A stretch of DNA of 64,000 nt from Cyanobacteria bacterium UBA791 (GTDB taxonomy: Bacteria > Cyanobacteriota > Vampirovibrionia > Gastranaerophilales > Gastranaerophilaceae): positions 23,793-87,792 of the forward strand of contig DBIX01000048.1 in assembly GCA_002297005.1 (NCBI GenBank). The letters are read 5' to 3'. The notes under the pieces are model-generated. The model had not been told where the DNA came from. It ran no database searches and was given only the letters and a program-made list of their open reading frames with translations. The translations under genes were made by a program, and so were the position numbers. Each line of letters begins with the position of its first letter. Positions within the stretch are counted from its first letter, which is position 1. Below, piece by piece: positions 40,840-51,361 of this stretch.

Positions 40840-42171
40840 ATGAAACTGGAATTGGAAGAAATTATTAAGGCAACTGATGCAAAAGTCCTTAAAAATGATA
40901 TAAAAAACGAAAAATTAAATTTTTCTACAGATACTAGAACAATACAAAAAGGTAACATTTTTGTTCCTATAAAAGGTGAAACTTTTGATGGAGAAAATTT
41001 TATTGAGAATGCTTTAAACAGCGGTGCAGAAGCATATTTTACTCGTAATGATAAAATTTTTGATAATGCAAAAGTTGTTCTTCAAGTAAAAGATACGCTT
41101 ATTGCATATCTTGAATGTGCAAGATTATGTAGAAAAAATATTAATCCAAAAGTTATTGGAATTACTGGTAGTAGCGGAAAGACAACTTCTAAAGAAATGA
41201 TGTATGCTATTGCCTCAGAAAAATTTAAAACACACAAAACTGATAAGAACCACAATAACGAAATAGGATTTTGCCAAACAATGTTCAACATGCCTGAAGA
41301 TACAGAGGTTTTAATCGTTGAAATGGGGATGAGAGGTTTTGGAGAAATTGAACTTCTTTCTAAATATTCAGAGCCAGATATTTCAATAATAACAAACGCT
41401 GGCACAGCTCATATTGGTAGACTAGGTTCAAAAGAAAATATAGCAAAAGCAAAATGTGAAATAGTTAAATTTCAAAATCCAAACGGAACATTCATAACAG
41501 AAGAAAACCCAATGGTTGAAAATATTGTAGAATTTTCAGGTAAAAAAGTTTTCTGCTCACTAAAAGACGTTAAATTTTTAGAAAAAACTACTGATTACAC
41601 AAAATTTTCTTATAAAGGAAATGAATTTGAAATTAACGTAAGTGGCGAATATAACGTTAAAGATGCGATTGAATGTATTGAAGCAGGTTTGGCTTTGGGT
41701 ATGGAGATTAAGGATATTCAAGCAGGGCTTAGAAAATACAAAAACATTGAAAAAAGATTTGAAGAAGAAATCGTAAATGGTTTTAAAATCATAAATGACA
41801 GTTACAACGCAAACCCTGATAGTATGAAAGGTTTTGTAAAAAACGTGGTTGAACTTTATGACAAACCTGTTCTTGTTTTAGGAAATATGGGTGAACTTGG
41901 AGAAAATTCTGAAAAATATCATGCCGAAATTGGTGAATATATTAACACTTTAAACAAAACAGATATAATTGTTTTGACGGTTGGAAATCTTGCAAAAGAA
42001 ATTAGTAACGCAATTTCAGGTGATATAAATAAAAAACATTTTGAAAATACAAAAGACGTAAGCCTTTACATTCTTGATAATATTGATAGACGTTATACAA
42101 TATTCTTGAAGGCATCACGCTCTGAAAAATTTGAAGATATAATCAAATACTTAAAAGGAGATAATCTATGA
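40840..42171 (+). CDS. murF: UDP-N-acetylmuramoyl-tripeptide--D-alanyl-D-alanine ligase
   Basis: The Mur ligase P-loop GITGSSGKTTSKE and DSYNANP are present, and the gene sits upstream of mraY. Confidence 0.9.
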   Translation: MKLELEEIIKATDAKVLKNDIKNEKLNFSTDTRTIQKGNIFVPIKGETFDGENFIENALNSGAEAYFTRNDKIFDNAKVVLQVKDTLIAYLECARLCRKNINPKVIGITGSSGKTTSKEMMYAIASEKFKTHKTDKNHNNEIGFCQTMFNMPEDTEVLIVEMGMRGFGEIELLSKYSEPDISIITNAGTAHIGRLGSKENIAKAKCEIVKFQNPNGTFITEENPMVENIVEFSGKKVFCSLKDVKFLEKTTDYTKFSYKGNEFEINVSGEYNVKDAIECIEAGLALGMEIKDIQAGLRKYKNIEKRFEEEIVNGFKIINDSYNANPDSMKGFVKNVVELYDKPVLVLGNMGELGENSEKYHAEIGEYINTLNKTDIIVLTVGNLAKEISNAISGDINKKHFENTKDVSLYILDNIDRRYTIFLKASRSEKFEDIIKYLKGDNL

Positions 42172-43151
42172 TTATGATAACAGTAGCAATGCTACTTGGT
42201 TTAATATTATGTTTACTTTTTGGTGTTCCTTACGTGGACATCGTAAAGAAAAAAATGTTCAATCAACATGTAAAAGATGTTATTGCAGAGCAACATAAAG
42301 AAAAAGATGGCACACCTACAACTGGCGGGATTTTTATCTTTTTAGCAATTGTAATAGCCTCAATCACAACTCTTATGTTGGCTCAAAAATTAACTACAAC
42401 CGCATTATTAATATTGATTACATTATTTTTCTATGCTCTTGTTGGTTTTCAAGACGATTATATCAAAATTAAAAACAAGGAAAACGACGGCATTAGTGCA
42501 AGAGGTAAATTTTTAAGACAAGTTATGATTGCATTGTTACCAGCAATTTTTATAATGTGTACAAAAGGCGAAATGGCAACATATTTAAGTGTTGGCTACT
42601 GGCATTTTAATATTGGATGGTTATATCCTATCTTTGTTGTTTTCGTTCTTACTGGAGCATCAAATGCTTATAACCTAACTGATGGTCTAGATGGACTTGC
42701 TGCATCTTGCGGGGTATTTTCTTTCTTAGCTTGTACAATTATTGGATTTTTATTAGGTGAACCTGAAGTTGCAATTATTTCTGCAACTGTAGTAGGGGCA
42801 TTGATTGGTTTTCTTAAATATAATAAACCAAAAGCTCAAATTTTTATGGGTGATACTGGTTCTTTAGCTTTGGGTGGATTACTTGGTACTCTTGCTGTTA
42901 TTGGTAAATTTGAATTATGGTTAATCCCTATTGGCATAATTTACATTATGGAAACTCTTTCTGTAATGCTACAAGTTGCAAGTTACAAAACAACTGGTAA
43001 AAGAATTTTCAAAATGTCACCTATTCACCACCACTTTGAAAAATGTGGTTGGAGCGAAAAAAGAATTGTAATTACTTTTGCATCTATATCTGCAATATTT
43101 TCTATAATTGCAATCATCTTTTCTTATTTATTTTTTAGAGGATTAATATAA
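42168..43151 (+). CDS. mraY: Phospho-N-acetylmuramoyl-pentapeptide transferase
   Basis: The motifs NAYNLTDGLDGLA, GDTGSLALGG and PIHHHFE are present. Confidence 0.95.
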   Translation: MIMITVAMLLGLILCLLFGVPYVDIVKKKMFNQHVKDVIAEQHKEKDGTPTTGGIFIFLAIVIASITTLMLAQKLTTTALLILITLFFYALVGFQDDYIKIKNKENDGISARGKFLRQVMIALLPAIFIMCTKGEMATYLSVGYWHFNIGWLYPIFVVFVLTGASNAYNLTDGLDGLAASCGVFSFLACTIIGFLLGEPEVAIISATVVGALIGFLKYNKPKAQIFMGDTGSLALGGLLGTLAVIGKFELWLIPIGIIYIMETLSVMLQVASYKTTGKRIFKMSPIHHHFEKCGWSEKRIVITFASISAIFSIIAIIFSYLFFRGLI

Positions 43152-44494
43152 TGAAAACAAATTGGTTTGATAAAAAAGTTTTAATTTTAGGCTTATCAAA
43201 AAGTGGTATTGCAGCTGCAAAATACTTAAACGACAAGGGTGCAGATGTTTATATTACAGAAATAAAAGAAGTAAATCTTGATAATTACAAAGAACTTACA
43301 GATGCTGGAATTAAGATAGAATCTGGTCATCATAGCGAGGATTTTATAAAAGATAGCTATCTTGCTATTACAAGTCCAGGAATTCCACCTCAAACAGAAA
43401 TCTTTAATAAATTAAAAGAGGAAAAAGTTCCTGTAATATCAGAAGTTGAACTTGCTTTTAAAGAAACAGGGAAACCATTTATAGCAATCACAGGTACAAA
43501 CGGTAAAACAACAACAACTTCTTTGACAGCTCATATTTTACAACAGGAATATAAAGCTGAAGCATGCGGAAATATTGGTCTTCCTCCTTGTGCTTTACTT
43601 ACAAAAGATTTAGATTATTTTGTTTTAGAAGTAAGTTCATTCCAATTACATTATAGCGATGCTTTTCAACCTCAAATTGCTTGTTGGTTAAACTTTACTC
43701 CTGATCATGTTAACTGGCATGGTAGTTTAGAAAACTATTTCAACGACAAGGCAAAAATCTTTAGAACTCCACAAGCACCTGCTTTTGCAGTATTTAACGC
43801 AAAGGACGAAAAACTTGTTGAATTTAGCAAGGAATGTCCATCAGAAATCTTCTTCTTTGCAGATAAAATGGGTAAAAATGCTTGCTATATTGAAAATAAT
43901 GAACTTATGTTTATGAGAAATAATAAAGTTGAAAAGATTATGGATGTTGCAGATATTCCACTTATGGGAGAACACAACTACCAAAATGTTGAATGTTCTG
44001 TAATTTGTGCAAAACTTGTTGGATTAACTAATGAACAAATTGCTGATGCAATTAAATCTTTCAAAGTCCCAGCTCATAGATTTGAATATGTGACAGAAAA
44101 AGAGGGCGTTAAATTTTATAACGACTCAAAAGCAACAAACCCTGAATCAGCAATTGTTGCAATAAATTCTTTCCCAGAAGACCAAAATGTTGTTTTAATT
44201 GCTGGTGGAAGAGATAAAAATACAGATTTGACAGAATTTTGTAATTCAATCAAAAAACATATTTCAACAGTTATTCTAATTGGTGAAGCTACAGATAGAT
44301 TTGAAGAAAATCTAAAAAATTCTGGTTTTGAAAACATAATAAGAGAAAATACTCTTGAAAGTGCAACATCAAAAGCTTATTCTCTAAAACCAAATGCTGT
44401 TTTATTATCACCGGCATGTGCAAGTTTTGATATGTTTAGTGGATATGAAGAAAGAGGAGATGTATTTAAAGACTATGTCTTATCCAAAGTATAG
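43151..44494 (+). CDS. murD: UDP-N-acetylmuramoylalanine--D-glutamate ligase
   Basis: It has an N-terminal Rossmann motif (LGLSKSGIAAAKYL), ITGTNGKTTTT and DSKATN. Confidence 0.92.
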   Translation: MKTNWFDKKVLILGLSKSGIAAAKYLNDKGADVYITEIKEVNLDNYKELTDAGIKIESGHHSEDFIKDSYLAITSPGIPPQTEIFNKLKEEKVPVISEVELAFKETGKPFIAITGTNGKTTTTSLTAHILQQEYKAEACGNIGLPPCALLTKDLDYFVLEVSSFQLHYSDAFQPQIACWLNFTPDHVNWHGSLENYFNDKAKIFRTPQAPAFAVFNAKDEKLVEFSKECPSEIFFFADKMGKNACYIENNELMFMRNNKVEKIMDVADIPLMGEHNYQNVECSVICAKLVGLTNEQIADAIKSFKVPAHRFEYVTEKEGVKFYNDSKATNPESAIVAINSFPEDQNVVLIAGGRDKNTDLTEFCNSIKKHISTVILIGEATDRFEENLKNSGFENIIRENTLESATSKAYSLKPNAVLLSPACASFDMFSGYEERGDVFKDYVLSKV

Positions 44495-45671
44495 TAATAG
44501 AAAATCTTCATACGCACCAAAATATAGTGTTATGATTTCTTCTCCAGATAGAACACTTATGATTGTTGTTGCCTTTTTAGTAATAATCGGTTTAATGGCA
44601 ATCTTTTCAGCAAGTGCACCTAAATGTATTGAGGCAAATATTACACCTCTAAAATTCGTTGCTCAACAATTTGTGTTTATGATTTTAGGGATTTTAGGGA
44701 TTAAATTTTTTGCAAATTACGACTACAAAAATTTAGTACCACTCACAATGTTTGTTGCAATTTTTGTAATTATATTACTTGCCTTAGTAGGCTTAACACC
44801 TTTAGGTTTAACCGTTAACAATTCTACCAGATGGTTAAATTTAGGGCCATTAAGCTTTCAACCATCAGAATTTTCTAAGCTTGCAGTAGTATTACTACTT
44901 GCTAGTGCATTTTATAAAAACCCAAAAATAACCCAACAAAAAATGGTTTATTTCTTCCCAATAGTGATAATGGTTTTATTCATTTTCAAACAACCAAACT
45001 TATCTATGGTAATTTTATTGGGATTAACATCACTAGTCATGTGGCTAAGTGCAGGCGGACCATTAAAGCTCGCATTCACCACAATATTTGGTGGTATTGG
45101 GTTTGTTGCCTTAAATATTTTTACAGCTTTAAACGGCATGTGGTCTTTATTAAAACCATACCAATTAACTCGTATTACAACATGGTTAAATCCTGAACTT
45201 GATTCACAAGGTGCAGGATATCAAATTGTACAATCCCTTACAGCATTTGCTTCAGGTGGATTTTTTGGGGTTGGTTTTGGTAATTCTAAACAAAAATTAT
45301 TTTGGCTTCCAGAATCACATACCGACTTTATTTATTCAGTAATCGGTGAAGAACTTGGTTTTGTAGGGTGCGTATTAGTAATTGGCCTATTTTGGACTTT
45401 CATTCATAGAGGTTTAATCATAGCATCACGTTGTCCTGATATGTACGGAAAACTTTTAGCAGTAGGAATTACTTTCTCTATTGGTTTCCAAGCATTTTTG
45501 AATATATCAGTAACATGTTCCTTCTTACCAGCAACAGGTGTTCCTCTTCCATTTATTAGTTATGGTGGTTCATCATTAATGGTAACTCTTTGGATGATTG
45601 GTATTTTATTAAATATTTCTAAAAAACGTATAAGAAGAATAAGGGAAAGAAACAATGTCAAATACATCTAA
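44475..45671 (+). CDS. ftsW: SEDS-family peptidoglycan polymerase FtsW
   Basis: It has about 10 TM segments and the motifs QPSEFSKL and PLPFISYGGSS. The start is taken at MSYPKYSN (44475, a 20-nt overlap with murD) rather than the track's 44394. Confidence 0.88.
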   Translation: MSYPKYSNRKSSYAPKYSVMISSPDRTLMIVVAFLVIIGLMAIFSASAPKCIEANITPLKFVAQQFVFMILGILGIKFFANYDYKNLVPLTMFVAIFVIILLALVGLTPLGLTVNNSTRWLNLGPLSFQPSEFSKLAVVLLLASAFYKNPKITQQKMVYFFPIVIMVLFIFKQPNLSMVILLGLTSLVMWLSAGGPLKLAFTTIFGGIGFVALNIFTALNGMWSLLKPYQLTRITTWLNPELDSQGAGYQIVQSLTAFASGGFFGVGFGNSKQKLFWLPESHTDFIYSVIGEELGFVGCVLVIGLFWTFIHRGLIIASRCPDMYGKLLAVGITFSIGFQAFLNISVTCSFLPATGVPLPFISYGGSSLMVTLWMIGILLNISKKRIRRIRERNNVKYI

Positions 45672-46809
45672 AAAATATACTTATTTCGTAACAGGTGGTG
45701 GAACAGGTGGTCACATATATCCTGCAATGGCAGTCTGTGAAGCATTAAAAAATGATGCAGAAACAAAAGATATTTTTTATGTAGGAAATCCTAAAAACCT
45801 AGAATATGACATTGTAAAAAAAGCTGGATTTAAATTTTTACCAATAAAAGTTTCAGCAATGCCAAGACGATTAAGTTTTGGTCTAATCAGATGGGCTTTT
45901 GAACTAGAATTAGCAAACTGGAAAGCTTTGTACTATCTTTTAAAATACAAACCTGATTGTATTTTAGGTACAGGTGGTTATGTTAGTGCACCAACTCTTT
46001 TTGCAGCAACGATGATTAAAAAACCATTTATGATTCATGATTGCGATGTTCATCCAGGAATTGTTTCTAAGTCAGTTGCACCTATGGCAAAAGCTGTTTC
46101 TTTAGCTTTCGAAGAAAGTGAACAATTTATCAATGCACATAGATTTTACGTAAATGGAAACCCTATTAGAAAAGCCTTTAAGGATTTATCAAAAGTTGAT
46201 GCTAGACTAAATTTAGGATTAAAAAACAAATTGACTATCTGCATTATGGGTGGTTCTCAAGGTGCAAAATCAATTAATAACGCCTCTGTTAAAATTTTAA
46301 GAGAACTTTCTGAAAAATATAATGTACAAGTAATTTTCCAAACAGGTAAAAAACACTATGACACTTGTGTTGAAAAGATAAAAGAAGTTTATCCTGAATT
46401 TGAAAATGATAAAAACCTACTTGTAAGACCTTATTTTGACGATATGGCGACAGTCCTAAAAGCAAGTGATATAGCTATTTCAAGAGCTGGTTCTTTGAGT
46501 TTATCAGAAATTTGTGCATGTGGAATAGCACCTATCTTAGTTCCTTATCCTTATGCAGCAGCAGATCATCAACGCAAAAACGCAAAGGCAATGCTTAAAA
46601 ACGAGGCATGTATTTATCTTGAAGATTCTGACACAACTCCAGAATCTCTAATGAAATTTTTATCTTTCTTGATTGAAAATCCAGACAAATTAGAACTTTT
46701 GCAACATAACACAAGAAGTTTAGCAAAATATGATTCAACAGAAAGAATAGTAAAACAATTAAAAAGTATAGCAAGATGGCAAAAGAGAAAACGTATGAAG
46801 AAGCAATAG
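45655..46809 (+). CDS. murG: UDP-N-acetylglucosamine--LPS/lipid I N-acetylglucosamine transferase MurG
   Basis: The motifs TGGGTGGHIYPA, GGSQGA and SRAGS are present. Confidence 0.92.
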   Translation: MSNTSKKYTYFVTGGGTGGHIYPAMAVCEALKNDAETKDIFYVGNPKNLEYDIVKKAGFKFLPIKVSAMPRRLSFGLIRWAFELELANWKALYYLLKYKPDCILGTGGYVSAPTLFAATMIKKPFMIHDCDVHPGIVSKSVAPMAKAVSLAFEESEQFINAHRFYVNGNPIRKAFKDLSKVDARLNLGLKNKLTICIMGGSQGAKSINNASVKILRELSEKYNVQVIFQTGKKHYDTCVEKIKEVYPEFENDKNLLVRPYFDDMATVLKASDIAISRAGSLSLSEICACGIAPILVPYPYAAADHQRKNAKAMLKNEACIYLEDSDTTPESLMKFLSFLIENPDKLELLQHNTRSLAKYDSTERIVKQLKSIARWQKRKRMKKQ

Positions 46810-47930
46810 AGCTTCTAACTTCGCAAGGAAAATTTTATATAAATCTAGGATTGGATAGAATTGAGGCAATTTTAGAACTTTTAGATAATCCTCATCAACA
46901 CATGAAATTTATTCATGTCGCTGGAACAAATGGAAAAGGTTCTGTCTGCTCTATTTTAAATTCTGTTTTTATCCATGCTGGTTATAAGACAGGTCTTTTT
47001 ACAAGCCCACATATTTTTGATTATACGGAACGAATAAAAATTAATGATGAGGAAATTTCAAAAGAAGAATTTGCAAAAAAAATCTTTGAAATAGAAGAAC
47101 TTGCAAGAGAAAATAACATTCATTTAACAGAATTTGAAATTTTAACAGCCATAGCATTTTTATATTTCAAAGAACAAAATTGCGACATTGTAATTCTTGA
47201 AACAGGCTTGGGCGGTAGATTTGATGCAACAAACGTTATAACAAACCCACTTTGTTCAATTATTACTTCAATTAGTTTTGACCACACAGAACGTCTTGGA
47301 AATACTATTGAAGAAATTGCTTTTGAAAAAGCCGGTATTATTAAAAACGCACCAGTAGTTGTTCAAAAGAATAACAGAGGTTTTGACACAATAAAAGAAG
47401 TTGCCGGCAAAAATCTTGTTATTGCGACAAATTATCAATTTGACGATTTTAGCCTAAAAGGTGTTCATCAAATGGAAAACCTAGGGCTTGCCTTAAGTGC
47501 AGTTAATTTAATTCTCCCAAACATAACTATTGCCGTTATAAAAGAGGCTCTAAAAGATGTTCATCATAGATGCAGATTTGAGGTTCATCCAGATAAAAAG
47601 CTAATTATTGATGCTGCTCATAACCCTGACGGCATAAGAGTTTTGAGAGAAAGCTTGGAGCATTATTTTCCAAATCAAAACTTTAGATTTGTATATGGTT
47701 GTCTAAAAAATAAAGATTATAAAAATATGATTCCAGCGTTAATAAAAGCGGACGACGAAGTTTATTTTTACCATTATAAACATCCAAATTCAGTTGAAGT
47801 AGAGGAATTACAAAAATATTCACCAGTTAAAGCAAAAACCTTTGAAAATGGCGAAGTTTTAAAACCTGATAAATGGAATATTATTTGCGGTTCAATTTAT
47901 ATGATAGCTGAGGTATTGGGAAAACTGTAA
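46776..47930 (+). CDS. folC: Folylpolyglutamate synthase/dihydrofolate synthase (Mur ligase family)
   Basis: The motifs HVAGTNGKGS, TSPH, ETGLGGRFDATN and DAAHNP are present. At 384 aa it is somewhat short. It overlaps murG by 34 nt. Confidence 0.8.
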   Translation: MAKEKTYEEAIELLTSQGKFYINLGLDRIEAILELLDNPHQHMKFIHVAGTNGKGSVCSILNSVFIHAGYKTGLFTSPHIFDYTERIKINDEEISKEEFAKKIFEIEELARENNIHLTEFEILTAIAFLYFKEQNCDIVILETGLGGRFDATNVITNPLCSIITSISFDHTERLGNTIEEIAFEKAGIIKNAPVVVQKNNRGFDTIKEVAGKNLVIATNYQFDDFSLKGVHQMENLGLALSAVNLILPNITIAVIKEALKDVHHRCRFEVHPDKKLIIDAAHNPDGIRVLRESLEHYFPNQNFRFVYGCLKNKDYKNMIPALIKADDEVYFYHYKHPNSVEVEELQKYSPVKAKTFENGEVLKPDKWNIICGSIYMIAEVLGKL

Positions 47931-47963
47931 GTTTATGTTATAGTTGACAAAAAGGAGAAAATT

Positions 47964-48464
47964 ATGGCAAAAGACAGTAGTTTTGACGTAGTATCAGAAT
48001 TTGATAAACAAGAATTAGTAAACGCAGTAGACCAAGTTAAAAGAGATATTTCATCAAGATTTGATTTAAAAGATTCAAACTCAGATGTAGTTCTTGATGG
48101 CGATAAAACAATCACTATCACAACTTGCGACGATATGAAATTAAGAAATATCTATGATATTTTACAATCAAAAATTGTTAAAAGAGGTTTAAGTATTAAA
48201 ATTTTAGACCCACAACCTGTAGAAAACGCTCTTGGTGGAAACGTTAGACAAGTTTATAAATTAAAAAAAGGTTTAACACAAGAACTTGCAAAAGTAATCG
48301 TAGCAGATATTAAAGCTTCTAAATTAAAAGTTCAAGCTTCAATCCAAGGCGAACAAGTTCGTGTAAGCGGAAAAGATAAAGACGAATTACAAGAAGTAAT
48401 CAAAATGTTGAGAGGAAATGAAGATAAATATGATTACCCTCTACAATTTGGTAATTACAGATAA
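47964..48464 (+). CDS. yajQ: YajQ-family nucleotide-binding protein (UPF0234)
   Basis: It is collinear with E. coli YajQ: SFDVVSEFDKQELVNAVDQ...SRFD, KLKVQASIQGEQVRVSGK, and a PLQFGNYR end. Confidence 0.88.
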   Translation: MAKDSSFDVVSEFDKQELVNAVDQVKRDISSRFDLKDSNSDVVLDGDKTITITTCDDMKLRNIYDILQSKIVKRGLSIKILDPQPVENALGGNVRQVYKLKKGLTQELAKVIVADIKASKLKVQASIQGEQVRVSGKDKDELQEVIKMLRGNEDKYDYPLQFGNYR

Positions 48465-48484
48465 TTAATTTTTAATCTATAAAA

Positions 48485-48516
48485 GGGGCGAAGCCTAAAG
48501 GCTTCGCCCCTTTGTT
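48485..48516. terminator. Bidirectional terminator between yajQ and holB
   Basis: An 11-bp GC-rich stem ggggcgaagcc-taaa-ggcttcgcccc followed by tttgtttt. Confidence 0.8.
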
Positions 48517-48525
48517 TTGTATTTT

Positions 48526-49389
48526 TTATTTAATAATTTTCAAACACATATCTTCCAAAACATTTTGAACATTCATTCCAAGTTTAACTTCTTTTTTTGC
48601 AGTTTCAACGTGTTTTAAATCATGAATTAATCTGTTTGTTATATTTTTATCTTCCGTATTGCTTTTCATCAAACAAAGCATATAGTGTTGAACACTTTCT
48701 AAAACCTCTTGTGGATCATTTTCTTTCGTAAGCTGGAATAAGTCATTTGCAATATTAAAAACTTCTCCTCTTTCAAATTCAAAATAGTCGGCAAAAACAT
48801 CTTCAATTAAAGAATAATCATAGCCCTCTATTTCAAAAGATGGTACAAAAAATGCCATACATCTTGACTGAATTGTTTGAAGCACATCATTTTTATCTCT
48901 TGTTAAAAAGATAAAAGTTGTATTCTTTGGTGGTTCTTCAATGGTTTTAAGAAGAGCATTTGCAGTTTCTTCCTGAAAATTCATTTGATTTAAGCCAAGA
49001 ATTTCATCATCCTTACCTTTATCACAGAAAATAAATACTCTATGATAATCACTTGAATTTGTAAGAGAACTCTTTACCATTTGAGCTTGTTTTAAAGATA
49101 TAACTGTCTTTGAAGTATCATCTTCCGGTTTGTAATCCACTTTTGAAACAGTAATAACCGCAGGATGTTCGTGTGAATCTATCCATCTGCAATTTTGACA
49201 ATTACAATTTTCGCTAAAATTACTCTCACAATTCAACATTTTTGCAAGATACAAAGCCATTTTATATTGGGCATCAAAATCACTCCCATAAAATAAAAGA
49301 GATTGAAATACTGAATAATTCTCCGTATTTTTTGCCTCGTTAAAATATTTTATTAAAAATGGGTACTTATCCGATAATTGCATATTCAA
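48526..49389 (-). CDS. holB: DNA polymerase III subunit delta' (degenerate AAA+)
   Basis: It has a clamp-loader layout with a Cys-rich zinc module (CNCQNCRWIDSHEHP), LLKTIEEPP and an SRC-like QSRC motif. No intact Walker A is present, as is typical for delta'. Confidence 0.72.
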   Translation of the reverse strand: MNMQLSDKYPFLIKYFNEAKNTENYSVFQSLLFYGSDFDAQYKMALYLAKMLNCESNFSENCNCQNCRWIDSHEHPAVITVSKVDYKPEDDTSKTVISLKQAQMVKSSLTNSSDYHRVFIFCDKGKDDEILGLNQMNFQEETANALLKTIEEPPKNTTFIFLTRDKNDVLQTIQSRCMAFFVPSFEIEGYDYSLIEDVFADYFEFERGEVFNIANDLFQLTKENDPQEVLESVQHYMLCLMKSNTEDKNITNRLIHDLKHVETAKKEVKLGMNVQNVLEDMCLKIIK

Positions 49390-50323
49390 TTACCTCTTTT
49401 GTATCAAGTGCTTGACCTGATTTAATTTTGTATTCTGCATCAATTAGGTTTTGTTTTAAATTTATCAAAGCTTTTAGAGAATGTTTTCGCATTTTCTCCA
49501 TATTCTTTTTCACAACAAATTCGTGCATGCCAGTAAGTTTTGAAATTTCAAATGTAGACATCTTCTTTTCATTTAATTTTATCAAAATCCATTTTCTAAG
49601 CATTGTTTGTAAAGCAGACATTATTTCTAGCTCATGTTTTTTAAACAATAATTTTCTAAATTCTAAAAGTGCTAAATCTGTTTTGTTTGTCATAATATAA
49701 TCTGTAAAATTAAACAAATCCTCATTTGTAATACAGTTATTTTTTACATCAGCTTTTGTAACCGTTTTTTCAGGATATACTGCAAGTTTAAGCTTGTCTA
49801 ATTCATTTACAAATTCTCTTAAATTATTTCCAATTTGTTCAATAAGAGTAAGACTCGCATCTTGCTCAACTTTTATACCAATTTTTCTTGCATACTTATT
49901 TATCCAAAGAGTTATTTCATCCGTTTTATAAGTTGGAATTGTTTTAAACTCTTGGGCATTTTGTTTTGATAAAAGTTTGAATAATTTTCTTCTTGTATCA
50001 AGTTTTTTACCCTCATCTCTTGGTAAAATTGCAGTAAAAACTATATCAACCTCATCAGACACAAGAGATAAAGCCTCTTCGATTTGTTTATTTTGACTAT
50101 CTTCAAAAGATTTTGAAAAATAATCAAGACAATTTATTACGATAAGCATTTTACCAAACATCATTGGAGTAGTACGAAGAATTGAAATCAAGTCTGTAAA
50201 AGACGGATTGTCATAAGTTTTGAAATTCATCGCACTAAAATTTTTATCAAGCAATTTTTTCTTTTCGTTTATTGCTTGTTCAATGCTGTAATCTTCATCA
50301 CCGTAATAAAAATATACGCTCAT
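49367..50323 (-). CDS. holA: DNA polymerase III subunit delta
   Basis: The N-terminus VYFYYGDEDYSIEQ, the length, and the position next to holB support the call. The sequence is weakly conserved. Confidence 0.7.
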   Translation of the reverse strand: MSVYFYYGDEDYSIEQAINEKKKLLDKNFSAMNFKTYDNPSFTDLISILRTTPMMFGKMLIVINCLDYFSKSFEDSQNKQIEEALSLVSDEVDIVFTAILPRDEGKKLDTRRKLFKLLSKQNAQEFKTIPTYKTDEITLWINKYARKIGIKVEQDASLTLIEQIGNNLREFVNELDKLKLAVYPEKTVTKADVKNNCITNEDLFNFTDYIMTNKTDLALLEFRKLLFKKHELEIMSALQTMLRKWILIKLNEKKMSTFEISKLTGMHEFVVKKNMEKMRKHSLKALINLKQNLIDAEYKIKSGQALDTKEVIEYAIIG

Positions 50324-50326
50324 TAA

Positions 50327-51280
50327 TTAGTTATCCATTAATAAAGCAGCACCCATAACACCTGCTGTATTACCAAGTTCTGCAGGTACAATTTGAACGG
50401 CTTCTCTTGCAATTCTCATCGCACGTTTATTAACAGTTTCTCTAATTGGGTCGAACAATAAATCACCAGCAGCAGCAATACCACCACCGATAATAATTTT
50501 ATCAGGATTTAATATATTGATAACGTTTGTTAAACCTAATCCTAAATATTCACCGATTTTTTTGAAAATTTGAATTGCAACGGCATCACCTTGTTCAGCA
50601 GCTTTAAATACGATATATGGAGTAATAGCCTCACCTTTAGCCATTTCTCTATACATTGTAGCTTTTCCACCTCTGATATAATCTTCTGCCATAGCAACGA
50701 TACTTGGACCTGAAGCGTAAGCTTCAAAACATCCAAAATCACCACAACCACACAATGGAGCAGAATTTGAATCAGAAAGTTTAATATGACCAATTTCACC
50801 TGCTGCGTTACTTGCACCTCTGTATAATTTACCGTTTAAAACAAGACCTGAACCGATACCAGTACCAACTGTTACACAAACTAAGTTTTGTGCACCTTTA
50901 CCAGCACCATATTTCATTTCACCTAAAGTTGCACATCTTACATCATTATCAACGAAAGCTGGAATATTAAATTCGTCTTTAATAATTTTTGCTAATTCTA
51001 CACCATTCCAACCAGGGATGTTTGTAGAAACTTTTACTGTACCTGTTTTATAATCAATTTGTCCTGGAAAACCAAAACCGATTGTTTCAATATTTTTTGA
51101 AGTTGATTCAGTTTCTGTCATTAAAACTTTTATTTCTTCTTTAATGTTGGCTACTGTGTATTCATAACCTTTTTCAGCTTCTGTTGGAAAAGTTTTTGAA
51201 TATAAAATTTTTCCCTCATTTGTAATCAAAGCTATTTTAATGTTTGTACCACCAATATCTACGCCAACTCTATTTTTCAT
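50327..51280 (-). CDS. ROK-family glucokinase
   Basis: The motif GVDIGGTNIKIA and the ROK zinc motif CGCGDFGCFEAYAS are present. Confidence 0.85.
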   Translation of the reverse strand: MKNRVGVDIGGTNIKIALITNEGKILYSKTFPTEAEKGYEYTVANIKEEIKVLMTETESTSKNIETIGFGFPGQIDYKTGTVKVSTNIPGWNGVELAKIIKDEFNIPAFVDNDVRCATLGEMKYGAGKGAQNLVCVTVGTGIGSGLVLNGKLYRGASNAAGEIGHIKLSDSNSAPLCGCGDFGCFEAYASGPSIVAMAEDYIRGGKATMYREMAKGEAITPYIVFKAAEQGDAVAIQIFKKIGEYLGLGLTNVINILNPDKIIIGGGIAAAGDLLFDPIRETVNKRAMRIAREAVQIVPAELGNTAGVMGAALLMDN

Positions 51281-51361
51281 TTCTATATCCTCTTTTATAT
51301 TTCTTCCGCTATTTATATAATAAGCTAAACTAAAAATTTATTAAACGATAATTAAGTAATT

